A DNA stretch of 64,000 nt from Ministeria vibrans ATCC 50519 (taxonomy: Eukaryota > Protista > Filasterea). How positions within the stretch are numbered: the first letter of the stretch is position 1; every line of letters starts with the position of its first letter. Of this stretch, positions 1 to 13,336 are shown one piece after another. The DNA is taken from assembly GCA_943704425.1 (NCBI GenBank), contig CALSCP010002411.1, forward strand, positions 1 to 64,000. The letters are read 5' to 3'. A program made the translations under genes and the position numbers. The notes beneath the pieces are model-generated. The model was not told the DNA's origin, ran no database searches, and worked only from the letters and a program-made list of their open reading frames with translations.

Positions 1-42
1 TTTTTTTTCGCACTTTTTCGTCACCGTTTCCCTCTTTTGCAG

Positions 43-815
43 GTATGATGAACGCCACCCGTCAACTGGGAGAGTCCATTACCGAGATCTACGACGAAGA
101 GTGCAGTGCGCACGATCCCGTAGCTGATTTGGTGGCTGGGTAAGCAACAAGCGACCTTGTTTGGTGGGAGGGTCCGGCGGGTTGTGGCGATGCGGCGGCG
201 CACACGCACTCTCAGCGCGGCAAGGCAACCCACATTCTACCAATGCATATGCATGTGTGTGTGTGTGTGTCTCTCTCTCTTTCTTTCTGTCTTTATTCGT
301 CTCTCGCGTACCGCCGTGAGCCACTCGATAATCGTGATGTGACACTCAACATTGCTTTCTCTTTTCTTTTGATGACACAGTGTCGATTTGATGTGGGCCG
401 ACTACCACGCACGGATACAAGAGTTTCTGGTCAACCCTGTGGCCAACTACATGAAGCGCATTCCCGAAATGAAGCAAAAGTAAGCATTGCAGAGAGAAGA
501 TTGAACTTGTATTGATGACATATATCATAGAATGGCCAAGTACGAGCGCAAAAAGGTCGACTTTGATCGATACCGACACTCATTGGCTACCATGAAGAAC
601 AAGACCAAAGTCAATGACGAAAAGGTGCGGGGAAAAAAGCAAATTTTTAAAGCAAAGATGAATAGTAATAGTTATATTCATTTGGGTTGGCAATGTTTTA
701 GGTTCAACAGGCGGAAGCGTCGTACGAAACAGCCAAGGCTAGCTACGACGAGATTCGCGCTGCTCTTCATGAAGAACTTCCACAGTTCTATGACGATAGA
801 ATGGAATTTTACGGA
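43..815 (+). CDS. BAR-domain protein (amphiphysin/BIN/Rvs family), internal exons; 5' end outside window, 3' end missing after the poly-A at 823-852
   Basis: Spliced exons (about 43-139, 381-479, 532-624, 702-815) read ...LGESITEIYDEE...DYHARIQEFLVNPVANYMKRIPEMKQK-MAKYERKKVDFDRYRH...AKASYDEIRAALHEELPQFYDDRMEFY, matching the N-BAR pattern K(R)xRKLxDYD and ELPxL(Y/W). Confidence 0.8.
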
Positions 816-820
816 GTACT

Positions 821-854
<34 letters not shown>

Positions 855-860
855 ACATAC

Positions 861-3465
861 ATTTTTGAGAGAGAATCAAACTGGCGAGTGAGACTTTTGA
901 TGAGAGCGCGAACGGACGGGGTTGAGAGATGGGCGAAAGAAGCAATGGTGGGACCATGAGCAGAAAGGAGATGGCGCGACCAAAGGAGGTAGTACTGGAG
1001 GTGGGGGGAGGAGGAGAGAGCGTGGGCGAGGTGGGCGAGGAAGCGGGGAAGGTGGACTGGAGGTAGGGCAAGGGCGGTGGCGGGAATGGCGGAGGGCGGG
1101 GTGTGCTCGACGGACGCGTGGAGGAGAAGGGGCTCGCCGAGGCGCAGGGCCAGACAGATGGCGCGCAGGTGGTCGCCCGTAGACGAGGCGGCGTGGACGG
1201 CGGACGGGGTGACGTCCGTGTCGAGATCGTATGGGTCAAAGAGGAAGGTAGTGTCGAGCGAGAAGACGAGAAGGCCCTCGGTGGTGGCCGCTGCCCACGA
1301 GCGGCCCGTCGGCGAAAAGCGAACGGAGCGCACGCGAACCTCGGGGCGGGCATGGCGGGTGCTGAGGTCGCCGGAGCGCACGCCGGGCAGCGTCGAGTCG
1401 GCGTCGTGGTCGCTGTCGTCGTCGGCCGAGTCGTGGTCGTCGATTAGGTCCATTGCGCCCGCTTCCGTCATCTTTTTGCTGTTGAGCTTGTCCAGCACTC
1501 CGTCAAGCGACCGATTGCGGCTAATCTCAAACCGCCGCACCAGCACACCCTCGGCAACCGCATAGATGCATACAAAGCGCGAGCGACCGCCGGCCAAGAG
1601 CAGCGCCCCATCAGCATTGTAGCACAGCGACGAGAAGTACCCGCCCGTCAGCCCCGCACGCGCGTCCTCCATCTGCCGTCCGCCAATCGCGTCCCGACGT
1701 GCGTCAATAGTTCCCGTCTGCGTGCCCCGCGCCACGTCCCAAAAGCTGATCTCACCGTCGAGCGTCGCCACGGCAATCTGTGTGCCGTCGGGACAGTAAG
1801 ACACAGCGAGCACGTCGCTCTTGTGCAGGAGTCCTTCACCTGCAACGCCACTGCTCTTACGCGCTCGATCCGTCACGTACAGGTCCCACACGCGCACTGC
1901 CTGGTCCCAACTGCCGCTGACCACTTGGTTGGCAATGGGCGAGAAGGACAGACACGAGACTGGCGCAGTGTGTGCGGTGATCATTTCGAGCAGTCGGCCC
2001 GTCTGCACACTCCACAGGAGCACCTCGTTGGTGTCCGCCGTGCCCGCGCAGACCACCTCGCCACTGCCCTCGACCGCCAGTGACGCAAACCGCAGTGGCG
2101 TTGGACCTGTAAATGTGCGGAAGTTGCGGTAGCGGACCAGGTCAAAGGCGCGCACAGTGCCGTCCTGGCTAGCCGTGAAGACAACGCCCGCCTTGCGCGG
2201 CGAGTAACACACGCCCACAATGGCCGCCGAGTGCTCGCGGAACGTCACATAGCAGAACCCTGTCGTCGTGTCCCACACCTTGACGCGTCCGTCGTCGCCA
2301 CCCGTCGTCAGCGACTGTCCGTCGGGCGAGTAGGCCAGTGCGGCCGTGTCGTGGAAGTGACCCTGCTGCTTGAGGACGTGCGTCTCTGACTTCCACTCCC
2401 ACACCAGCAGCTGTCCCAGCCGCGCACTCCCAAACGCCAACCAGTCCCCCGTTGCGTTGATGGCGCACGTGTGCAGCCGTCGCTGCGAGATGGACAGTGT
2501 GTGGATCAGCGACAGTTCTGGCATCTCGTACAGCGCAAAGATGCCTGAGGAGAAGCCCACAACAACAAGCTGGCCGCCCCGATGGTACGTGCACGTTGTC
2601 ACACGCGCGTGGTTCTGCTTGAACAAATGCTTTTGTGCCAACCGATAGCGGTGTGGTATGTCGTGGTCCACACACGCCACTTGTCGTCTGTCTCCGTCTT
2701 CTCCTTGCTCCTCCTCATCCTCATCCTCGTGCGTCTGCGGCTGCTCGTGCGTCCAGTGGTAGAGGGCGCCGTCGCGCGCCACGGTGTAGATGCCGCCGGT
2801 GGCGCGGGACGTGGCAAAGAAGGCTGCAATGACAAAGTCACGGTGGCCCGCAAGAGTCTGAGGGACAAAGCCGGGCGTGGGGTCGAGCGAGTAGAGACGG
2901 GCCGTCGTGTCGCGCGACGTGCTGACAAAGAAGCGGCCGTCGGCGGACCAGTCGACGGCCAGGACGTCGTCTTGGTGGCCCGTGTACGTGCGGTGCAGCA
3001 CAAAGGGCGCGAACTCGCGCTGCATCTGTGGCGTGCGCCACACCTGGACGTGCCGGCCGACGGCTGCGGCGAAGAAAAGGCCATCGGGCGAAAAGGCCAA
3101 GTGCTCAACGCGCTCCTTGAAATTGAAGTAGTGCAGGACGGTGCGGCGCGGGAAGTTGATCAGCTGCGCGTAGCCCTCGTCGTCGACGACGAGCAGGAAC
3201 AGATCGTTGGGCGACAGCGCCATGCGCCAGATATTCGAGCGCGACTCGATCGGCAGCGTGCAACTCTTGTTGGCGACCAAATCGAAGACGGAGACGCGGT
3301 TGCCCACGGGCGACAGCAGCACGTTGCCGTCCGACGTGAACACCACGTTGCCCTGCTTGTACACAGTGCCCAGCAAGTTGGAAAACTGCAGGAGGAGCCA
3401 TCGCAATCAATTTTCACATTATTTATCTCTCTTTCTGCGCGACTCACCTCAAATCCAAACCGCAT
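861..3465 (-). CDS. PWP2: PWP2/UTP1 WD40 protein of the SSU processome; last exon unclear
   Basis: Exon 1 (3465-3448, MRFGFE) splices to exon 2 (from 3385, FSNLLGTVYKQGN...LLSPVGNRV). Diagnostic GQLLVWEWKSET, KQQGH, GTVRAFDLVRYRNFRTF and WAAATTEGLL motifs. A gtatgt donor at 860 runs into a poly-T tract. Confidence 0.97.
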
Positions 3466-3902
3466 CTGACTGTGAGTTCGAGGGAAAGGGAAAGGTGAGG
3501 GTGAAACAAGAGTATTAAAGTTATATTTTAAAAAGTTGGTTACGTCGAAATGAAGAGAAAAGTTAACTCAAAGGAGAAGAAATATAACACTGAAGAGTAA
3601 TGCAATGCTTCCGCGATAGCCGATAGGGCATGGGCTAGCCCCAAGAAGATATTATTAAGGAGAAAGAATCCCACCTCTGTATTAATGATACAAAAGAAGA
3701 AGAAAACAAACATTTCAAATTTATCCCAAAGGAAAAACGACAACACACACACGGCTCAGTCTACTGACTCTGCTCACTGCTCAGAAGTAAGAACAACCAT
3801 TTAAGCCATGAATTTAATATTATGCCTTTTTATTAAGACGTGAAATTATTCTTTTTGATATGATTAAAAAATTGAAAAGGTTTCTTTCACTCTCACATTC
3901 TC

Positions 3903-6900
3903 TCACAAAAAGTCCACCACTAACTTGTTGACGACACTCTGGGCGACCACCCCGGCAATCTTGGCCGAAAGCGGCTGGGCGGCACTCGTGCTACTGGCGA
4001 CGTTCTCAAACACAGACGCCAGCTTTGTTCCGTCCGTGGCCGAGTGCATCGTGCCACCCAATCTCTTGATCATCGTCTCCAGCTTTTTGTTTTCGCGTCT
4101 ATACCACGTTCCGGTGCCAAACCTAATGCCATGCGCTGAAAAGACCCGCCCCTTCATGGCCGACACAATTGCCTCTGTCATCGAACTAGGGTCGTCGTCG
4201 GCATAGCCGTCCGTCATAAACACAAACGTCTAAAAAGACATCCGAGAGAATCAGTACCACACGTACATATAATATATATATATAATTATATTATATAATT
4301 ATATATATATTATAAGTCTCTGTCTTACCGTGTGATACGCGGAAGAAGTCGACTCCATGAGCGGCAGTGTCATCCTCAACGCCGGAATAAACATCGTGTT
4401 GTCCCCGTTGCGCTGAAATTGGTCAGGTGTGTCCTGCAATGGCCCTACATACATCTTAATCAACAACAACAACAACAACAATAATAACAACAGCAACATC
4501 GACAACAACAACAACAAGCAGCAATAGAAACAGATACACGATTCTCCTCCCTCTCTCTATCTGTACCTGGTCCGAATGTCTTTCTCGCGGTCGAGCCAAA
4601 CTGAACGACACTGACCAGATCGTAGGGGTTTTGTGCCTCGAGACGGACATTCTTAAAGCACAGCCACGCATGGCACAGCTTCTTCCACGGGTCATCACGC
4701 ATCGACGAACTCTCGTCCAGACAGAACACAAAGTGATGGCGCTTCCGCTCTGCCTGCACTCCCTTGAACAAACGAATCGTCTCCATCTTGCGCGGGGGAA
4801 GCGTGCTTGGCGTCGTCGCACTCAGCGCCTCCGATAGGCACCTCTCCAAATGCTCCGTTGGACATGGACCATCTGTCGCCGACGACTCGCGTACACGTCC
4901 AAACAAGACGTGCACACCACCCGTGTAGTCTGGCTCCTTGCTCACATTGCCTGCATTGGCCAGCTTCTTCATGGCCTTGGCCGCCTTGCCCGACTCACGA
5001 GGCTTGGTGTCCGTACACGTCGTGCCGTTGAGATCGCCGTGCCCCGGCGCATCCGTCACCACCAGCAGCAGCTTGGCACGTGACTGCCACCCCAGTGACG
5101 CCGCCTCGTCCAGCGCATCGGCCACATTCTCCGGCAAGTCCCCGCCACCATTCGCCTCAAGTGCCTTCACATGCTCCACAAAAGTCCGGCCTCTACGCGT
5201 CCCCACGGGCGTCACTTTGCCAGAATCATTCTCGCTCGGATACACATTCAAAAAGGGCACCTTTTCAAATGTGAAGGCGTCTCGGAAGCCCACAAGCGCA
5301 CAGCGCATCATAAGCTTGAGGCCAGGAATGTCTTCACTCAGTTGCTCTCGAATCTTCTCAATCACACTAACAATGTCCTCCTGCACTGCCTTCAGGTACG
5401 GACGCATACTGCCGCTGACATCAAGCACAAAACACAGATCCACCGTCATCGCACTCGGGCCATTGCCCGTCATTAGCGTTGCCGTGCGCTCGCTGACCAG
5501 ACCCCTTTCCAGTTCGGTAAATACCTTTTTGGTGCTCATCAACACGCCGTCTAGCTGCTCCGTCGTGCTCTGTCCCGACACAAACGCCCCTTGATGCTTG
5601 CCCACCGTCCGGTCCTGCCCGACAACACCTTCCGGCGACGAGTCGTCCTCCTGATCAAACACGGCCCGCAGTGCCGCCGGGAGCGCCGCTGGAATCGCCG
5701 CACGCACCCACTTGCCATACGCCTTCTCCACTCGCATGCGGTCGTAGCCCACACCCAGTCCAACCACATCAACGATGGGTCCGCCTCCGTCGCCCCGTGC
5801 TCGTCTCAGCATCGCCGTGTGCCGCCAGGGCGTTGTCGAGTAGCCGTCGCTCAGCACAAACACATGCTTGGGTCCGCGCACACCAGCCCCCTGCAGCAGA
5901 TTCAATGCGCACTCAATGCCCTCTGTGTCGCGTGTCAGGGCGTCGTCACTGTGACGCATGTGATGCGCCACAAGCAGCTGCGTCACTTCGTTCCACGGAT
6001 CCGACAGACGCTTCAACACTCGCACATGTCGTCCACACTGCACAATGGCCACCTGAGTGACCCCCACCTGAGACAGTGCGCCCAGCAGCTGCACCAGCGA
6101 CTCAAAGGCGCACTCGGCCAGATGGCCCAGCATCGACTGCGACGTGTCCACCACAATAACTACGCCATAGTCGCGTCGCCCGCCTGTCAGCTTCTTCGCC
6201 CAGATTTTCTTGTAGCTCCAGTCCGTACTGAACGCCTTGATCAGACCCGTCAGCGACAGCGTCGAGCCAAACACGGCCGAACGTGCGCGCGTAAACCTGT
6301 TGAAGGGGTAGACTGTCTCCTCACAGGCGGCCGCCAACTCTTGCACCTCACCCGACACTGCATCCATTGCCGTCGCCCACAGCTGCTGTGTCTCCAACAG
6401 CAGCTGCTGCAGACCAGTTGAGCTGGTGGCAAGTCGCTCAATGCTTTCGCGGGCCGCATCCAACTGCTGCAGGTGCGCATCGAGTTGTTCCAGTCGACGC
6501 TCGCTCGACTCAGCGCAGGGAATGGACTCATCAAGCGCGTTCGAGCCCACCTGCCACAGCTCTTGAATGGTGCCTCCCGCCCCATCCTCGATCGCCTGAG
6601 CGAGCGTAATCTTCCCCACAGGCGCCATCAGTGCCCTTAATCGCTTCGAGTGCTTGCGCCACGCAGCATCCGTCGTCACGTTGGCAAACGACGACACAAA
6701 GGACCCAAAGCAATTCGCTACCATTGTTTCCTCCGCACTAACAGCACTCGACGTCGATTCTACAAAGCTACCATGCTTGTTTACCGTCGCCGCAAGATTC
6801 TCATTCATAGTCTTGCGCAATCGGTTCTCCACCAGCCCCAGCAGCCCACTCGGCAGATCTGTCGCACCCACCGTCCCCACCTGCGCAACTTCTTCCATGC

Positions 6901-7041
6901 TCTTGAGAAAATCTTTGACAAAGGCAGGCATGGACTCCTTGGGCTTGGGCAAAATGGTCAGCATAGACAGCTGGGCACTGCACGCATCCAGTGCCTTCTT
7001 GTAGTCCGTGGTGACTCGCTCGCGACTGATTCCATCAGTGA
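3903..7041 (-). CDS. Protein with three tandem vWA domains, the first midasin-like; probably 5'-truncated
   Basis: Three MIDAS DxSxS motifs (VVDTSQSM, VLDVSGSM, CLDESSSM) with downstream SDG, TDA and TDG. Exons about 7041-4568, 4440-4329, 4229-3903. The first exon opens at an acceptor next to (GA)n. Confidence 0.8.
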
Positions 7042-7082
7042 CTAAACACAAAGAGAAGCGTAGGTGTGTATACGTGTGAGCA

Positions 7083-7084
<2 letters not shown>

Positions 7085-7148
<64 letters not shown>
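7085..7148. repeat. (GA)n microsatellite
   Basis: Directly visible. Confidence 0.95.
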
Positions 7149-7154
<6 letters not shown>

Positions 7155-7252
7155 CAGGTAGAACGAAGCAGGGTGAGAAAGAGCAAGACGTATAATTTAA
7201 AAATTATTAGTTGATTGCTTTAGGGTTGTTTACTGTTACTGTGGGGGCGTGA

Positions 7253-8939
7253 TCAACACTTGTCACCAGGACAGGGCTTGAGGTCACAGGAGGGAATATC
7301 ACGACGACCTACGAGGCGACTGTACTCCGACGGATCCACTGTAATTGTGGCATTGTACCACTACAGAGCCAAAGAGAGCATAATGCGTGAGTGAGTGTGT
7401 CACGAGAGAGAGAGTGTGTGTGTGTGTGCTATTTTTTTTACTTTGACGACTGCTGATTGCATAGTGATGCCATTGACGGTCCTTGCGGCCCAGTCACCGC
7501 CAGAGCCTGTCTGGCAGTGTGCAGGGCAGTTTGTGAGGAAAACCGAGTGGCGTGCTGGGAGTGTCTCGTTCATAAGACGCGTCATTTCGCGTCCGTACGA
7601 TTCCCACAGCTGCTCATTGGATCCGGTGCACTGGGTCACTGTGCAGTTGAGCGACAGAATTGCCTTTTGCTGCCACGTGTCATATCGCTAATGATCCATC
7701 ATGACGTGGGTGTATGGATATTAGGAGGGGAAAAATTGAGCAGATAGATGGGGTCAATACCGATTGAAGTACAAGCATGGGCGTCTCAATGTACCGCGTT
7801 ACAACGGATCCAAACATGCACTGCCAGGCTGAGTCGCCAAGGGCAGACACGCATGCATGGTTCACTGACTGCGACTAGAGAATGTGTATGTGTGAGTGAA
7901 ATATCAAATAAGGTCTGTGTAGAAGGCACATGGAGAAGAGAAAGAGAGAGGACGGAAAGACAAAGTGACACACAAAGCGATACACAAGGCGATACACAAA
8001 GACAGTGATACACACAGTGATACACAAAGACAGTGATACACAAAGACAGTGATACACAAAGACAGTGATACACAAAGACAGTAATCCACAAAGACAGTAA
8101 TCCACAAAGTGATAAAAACAAAGTAGTGATAAGCAAAGTGATCGTACAACATTCATCGTCGAGTACAACCATTTCATGTTGTCTTGAAAACGTGGATGTC
8201 CTTGAACGTCGTTGTGAACAAGGCTGTACATGGCGTCACCAAGACCAATGACACGCGTCAAAGGATTCATCCGTGAGCGGAAGTAATCCATGTGAATGTA
8301 AGCAGTGAGACCACCAGCACTCTATCATGAGTACATGTTTGTCAACACAAATTGTGCGTCTCACACACACATGAACAAACGTACACAGCCAGAATACAGG
8401 ATTTCTGTCGCATCTTCCAGGCCCATAGTGAAAAGTCGATCAATCATCGCGTCGAAGAGGGGCCGGCCGCGGTAATGCAGCGTTACATTTCCCACAACCT
8501 GCCAACCGCATAAGCACACAAATCTTTCCCATTTCTCACTGACCTCTTCGGAATTGGAGCTCCACGACGAGCCATCACAGTACATGTTGAACACAATGTG
8601 AAACGACGAGAACGGAGGTGTCGCAAAGAGGGCAGAGCCCTCGTAGCGGTCACTGTACGTGTCGGGCCAATGTGTTGAACTTCCCAAAGTTGAATTGGCT
8701 CGAGAAACACAATTGGTCGGCGAAAAACACCAGCCACCGCCTTGCATGAAGACAACCCAGCGCGTCTCGTGGGCATGCGGCGATGGCCGGTAGAAGAAGC
8801 CGCCGGGGGAGCCGTCAAGACACTGTGCCTTGCGCGTGGCCGCCTCGGCTGTCAGGAGAATCTTCTGCCATGCGGGGGCCGCCAAAACACCCCCCAGGGT
8901 ACACAGAAGTGCAGCAACGCTCAACTTGGTCAACAGCAT
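7253..8939 (-). CDS. Secreted pectin-acetylesterase/Notum-family alpha/beta hydrolase
   Basis: Signal peptide MLLTKLSVAALLCTLGGVLA; CLDGSPGGFF; QGGGWC oxyanion motif; YCDGSS; nucleophile GC|SAGG split by an intron; CPAHCQ catalytic His; stop TGA at 7255-7253. Confidence 0.9.
7960..8135. repeat. Intronic minisatellite with a unit of about 16 bp (CACAAAGACAGTGATA)
   Basis: Several near-perfect tandem copies visible. Confidence 0.85.
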
Positions 8940-9153
8940 AAATCGTATTATGATTGAAAATGAAAATGGATCGGTTTATTTATTTATTTGCAGCTCACTA
9001 CGCTCAGTAAGATCACACCCCCACAACACATCCGGTCCTTCCCCTCTCGACTCCTGAGTTGAGATTTCGGATTCCCGAGTGTATATGTTTGCACACACAT
9101 TGCTCAAACGAAAGTGAAAGTTTTCAATTATTCATATTTTTTTTCGATATTTA

Positions 9154-12100
9154 ATGCCACCGAAGAAGAAAAAGGGAAAGAAGGCAAACGCCAGCAAGCC
9201 GACTGCACGTCCAAGCGCATCAAGCACACCGGATGGGGGTGGTGCGGTCGTGGACGACGGGGCTGAGAACGGGAGCGACGACGAGGGCGACGAGGGCGCC
9301 GGCAAAGACGACAGCGCACAAAGCAGTGTTGTGGTTGACGCAGTCGCGTCTGCCGCGCCTGCTGGCTCAACAGCAGAGCCGCCGGCTGCCGAACCGTCGC
9401 CGAAGGAGCCAGAGGAGGTGCAGGCGGCTTTCCCGTCGGCCGAGGGGGCCAGCGAGGCGGATGCGGACCGCAACGACACGGCGACTGTCGCACCGCTCGA
9501 TTCCACCGACACCGACGCGCACACGGACGCAGAGGTGCCGCCTGCGACTCAGGTCGAGCCTGTGGACGACACTTCGGCTGCTAGCGACCGTACTAGTGGC
9601 GACAACGAGCCGTCTGGTGCGAGTCCCGTCGCTGTTGGTTCGACGGGTGTGCAAGGCACGTCTGCTGACACGGGCAAATCAACAGTGGCCGACGTTGAGT
9701 GTGTTGCGCATCATACTCTCGCTCACGAGGAGGAGGCGAAGGAGGAGGAGGCGACGGCGATGACGGAAGACAACGCGGCAACGACAACGGAAGACAACGC
9801 GGCAACGACAACGGAAGACAACGCGGCAACGACCAGCGCCGAACCAGCTCCAAAAGCCTCCCTGGACATTGCTGGGGCAACCACCGATGAGTCGGCCGAC
9901 ACGATCACTGCTCTGACAGAAAGTGCTCCAGACAACGACACAGCCAAGCCTGAAGCTCTTTCTACTACTGCACCATCATCACCATCAGAAACATCATCAA
10001 CAACAACAACAACAACAACACCCGCCACAACAGCGTCCGAAAAGACCGTCGCCAGCCCCACCGCGACTGAAGTGGCCGCGGATGCGCTAGCAGGCGTGAA
10101 AGATGACTCGCAGCGTGCGAGTCAGCTGTCGTCACGTCCTCGACCCAACAGCACGGCAAGCACAACGGAGCTGACCAAGTACAACTTTGCTGTGTCGCTG
10201 CAACTGTGCGAGGGCACTCTGGGCTCCAACACGTTTACGACTGTTCCGTACGTCGTCGAGGGCGGTCCCGGCACGGGCTTGTTCAAACTGCATCTATTGC
10301 AGCCACGTCGCATCATTGTGACGGTGACGCAGCTCAGCAATGGGCCGCTTGTTGTCAAGCGCTGTGTGGGAATGCTCCTAAGCGAAGGCAAGACACTCAA
10401 CAGCGAAAAGGTTGCTCTGCTCGACATGCATGCACCCGAAGTGACCGGACGCGAACTGGTGCTCACGGGCGACTGGGATCCGCCCGAGGAGGCTCTCGCG
10501 GCCGCCGAGGCAACGGCGGTTAGCGAGCAGCAGGGTGACGATTCTGAGGTGCCCTTGTCGCCCGCTGCCCGACCGCGCTCCATGACGAGTGCCTCGGCAC
10601 AGACAGCGGGCGCTGCGCTGTCACTGCTGCACTCAGAGACACCCAAGGGCTCGCATGTGTCCGTGACGGTCGCCGTCGACCTTGTGCTCACAGGTGTGAC
10701 TGAGCCCGTGCGCTTTGAGTGGGCGACGCGCGTGCGTGTGTACCGTGCCAGCGAGCGCTTCTGGAATGTCTTTGCGCGCAAGCCACCACTGCCCACGGTG
10801 TACACTGTGTCGCTGTCGCCACTGCTTACTGACAAGGGACTCAAGACCCCCTACTTTGCCGTGACAGCTATCGTGCATCAGCAGCAGCGCCACCCTTCCA
10901 GTACCCTTAGCGACGACGACGACGACGGTGGCGCCGACGACAGCAGCAGCAGCAACGCAGCGGTCACTCCCAACTCGAGCCGTTCTCTCCTGCTCCCATT
11001 GCTCTCGCGCAAGGCCAAGGCACAGTCGTCACCGCCAATCACGAGTACATCATCATCATCATCGGCAACAACGACAGCGTCGGCGACGACAACCGACAGG
11101 AGCAACGCCACCACCTCGACTGCGCTGGGTGCGACCACCGAAGAAGACGCAGAGGTGGACGGTGAGCGGTCGGCGGCGTCAAGAGCACGGAGCGACACAG
11201 CCGACGGCTTTGTGGTGGTGAATGCGGACGATGTGACAGCGACGCGAGCAGACGACATGGAGGTGGACGAGGTGCAGGAGGCGCTGGATGAGGAGCTGGA
11301 GGCGCTTGCGTCTGGGACGGGGACAGTGAGCAAAGAGATGAGCGACGACCTGCTTGCTGTGTGGTCCAAGGTACTGCCCACATGGGAGTCGGTGAGCAAG
11401 AAGCAGCGTGTGACCCTGGCGCGTGGCGGTGTCCCTGAGCTGCTGCGCGGCAAAGTGTGGCTGTTGCTGGCCAATGTGGACTTTGCGACGCAGGAGGAGA
11501 TGAGCGAGACGTATCGCCATCTGACGACGCAAGAGTCGCCGATGGAGCAGGTGATTCAGTGGGACATTCTGCGGACGTTTCCGCAGCACGAGTACTTTCG
11601 CGACGCGGGTTCGGTGGGACAAGACGCGCTGAGTCGCGTGTCGCGCGCCTACTCGGTCTACGACGAGGAGACCGGCTACGTGCAAGGATTGTCGTTCATC
11701 CTTGCGATTCTTTTGCTGCACATGCCCGAGGAAGACGCTTTCTGCCTTCTTGCCAAGATCATGTACGACTACAACCTGCGCGAGATCTACCAGCCGGAGA
11801 TGATTCAGCTCAAGGTGATGTTCTATCAGCTGGACCAGCTGCTGCTCGAACAGGTCCCTGAGGTGCACGGGCACTTCCACCAGATGGGCATTGAGATTGA
11901 GATGTTTGCGTCGCAGTGGTTCCTCACATGTTTTGCCGCCAAATTTTCATTGCCTATGAGCTACCGTGTGATGGACCTGTTCCTCGCAGAAGGCATGCCG
12001 CTCATGTTTCAGCTGGCAGTGGCTATGCTGCGCGACTCGCGTGCTCAGCTGTCCCAGCTCCCCTTTGAGGACGTTCTTCGCTACCTGCGCGTCAACATCC

Positions 12101-12333
12101 CCCGCCGCTACGAGTCACCCGCTGCCGTTGAGAAGCTCCTCGTGGACGTGCGTACGGTCAAGATTCCCACGCGCAAGATGAAAAAGTGGGAGCGAGACTA
12201 TCTAATGCTGCGCCAGCGCGAAGAGGAGGATCTCGACCCGACAGTGCGACTGCAGCGCGAGCACGACCGTCTCAAGGAGGCCAACCGAGTGCTCGAGGGC
12301 GAAAACGAGATGCTTACAAGACAACTGATTGAA
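9154..12333 (+). CDS. RABGAP1: RABGAP1/RABGAP1L-like TBC Rab-GAP; C-terminal coiled coil truncated
   Basis: [18 protein letters not shown]...ERFW (kinesin-associated domain of RABGAP1); SGTGTVSKE; TBC motifs [26 protein letters not shown] and [11 protein letters not shown] donor gaa|gtacta after 12333 has no matching downstream exon. Confidence 0.88.
9763..9834 (+). repeat. 24-bp coding tandem repeat (TEDNAATT)x3
   Basis: acggaagacaacgcggcaacgaca repeated three times. Confidence 0.9.
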
Positions 12334-12418
12334 GTACTAGGGGGATACGAGCGAGCGAGTGTTATCTGACTCTTTTCTCTATCACTTTGTTTTTCTCTAT
12401 CACTTTGTTTCTCTATCA

Positions 12419-12421
<3 letters not shown>

Positions 12422-12497
<76 letters not shown>

Positions 12498-12500
12498 TCA
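12422..12500. repeat. (CT)n(CA)n compound microsatellite
   Basis: Directly visible. Confidence 0.95.
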
Positions 12501-12530
12501 CTCATTCACTCACGCCACCTGTGACTGTAG

Positions 12531-13261
12531 CATGCAACCGCAACGCCGTGCTTGCCATTGTGCTGCTCTGCGCCGGTGTTGTTGAGGCCACGGTGCTTGC
12601 CAAGGTGTTGACGGGTCTGTCTGCGCTGGCCATCGACCATGGCGGAGTGGACGCGACGTGCGTGTACGCCGCACAGGTGCTGCTCTTCTGTGGGGCGCTG
12701 CTCCTGCGCTACGCTGTTCATTTTGACCTGTCGCCCGCTCAGCTTGTCTACCAGCTGGGTCTTTGTGGGTCTGCATGGAGCTCATGTTGGAAGGGGACAC
12801 TCTTGAAAGTTGCTCTGATGTGTTCGATTCTCATTGCCACAAGTTCGACAACGTACACTTCACTCGCGGAATGCCCGAAGCTACGCGAGCGAATCATGCG
12901 ACGGGTTATTACCGCACCCATTCGCGAAGAACTTGTATATCGTGGCGTGCTCCTGGCACTCGCACTTCGTCGCGGTCTCTCCACCTCCGCCGCAACACTC
13001 GTGTGCTCACTCGCGTTTGCGACCGTCCACCTTACCAGCGAACTCTCCTTGTTTGACAACACCCGCCAATTCATTGTACTCTTTGTCTCTGCCCGTGCCT
13101 TTAGCCGTCTCACCCTTGCCTCGTCCTCCCTCTGGCCCGCACTTCTCCTCCATGCCACAAACAACGCCTGCGCCATCTGTGCTCCTCTCTCCTCCACCTC
13201 TTCACTTTTCTCTCTTATTCTCACTCTCTTGCGACTCACTTCTCTCTTCCTTCTCTTCTAA
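12531..13261 (+). CDS. CPBP/Rce1-like (CAAX protease/Abi family) intramembrane glutamic protease, last exon; 5' exons missing
   Basis: Motifs APIREELVYRG (EExxxR), FATVHL (FxxxH) and LHATNN (HxxxN) in a hydrophobic ORF. Confidence 0.8.
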
Positions 13262-13336
13262 CCAACCTATGCAATTCAATGATCAGTCTCTTGTACAACA
13301 ACAAAAAAAAAAAAGAACCAACGAAACACTTCGTCT

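Noticed and set aside
809-861. Real antisense overlap of the PWP2 and BAR 3' ends
   Set aside because: A short PWP2 intron is formally possible, but both proteins would lack their expected C-terminal residues; a misjoin at the poly-A is simpler.
3480-3900. snoRNA upstream of PWP2
   Set aside because: No convincing C/D or H/ACA boxes with terminal stems could be identified by eye.
7253-8939. Notum as evidence of Wnt signalling
   Set aside because: The motifs are shared by the whole pectin-acetylesterase/Notum family, which is widespread in organisms without Wnt.
12333-12531. RABGAP1-CAAX protease fusion gene
   Set aside because: The donor is phase 0 while the acceptor needs phase 1; the direct splice soon reaches a stop.
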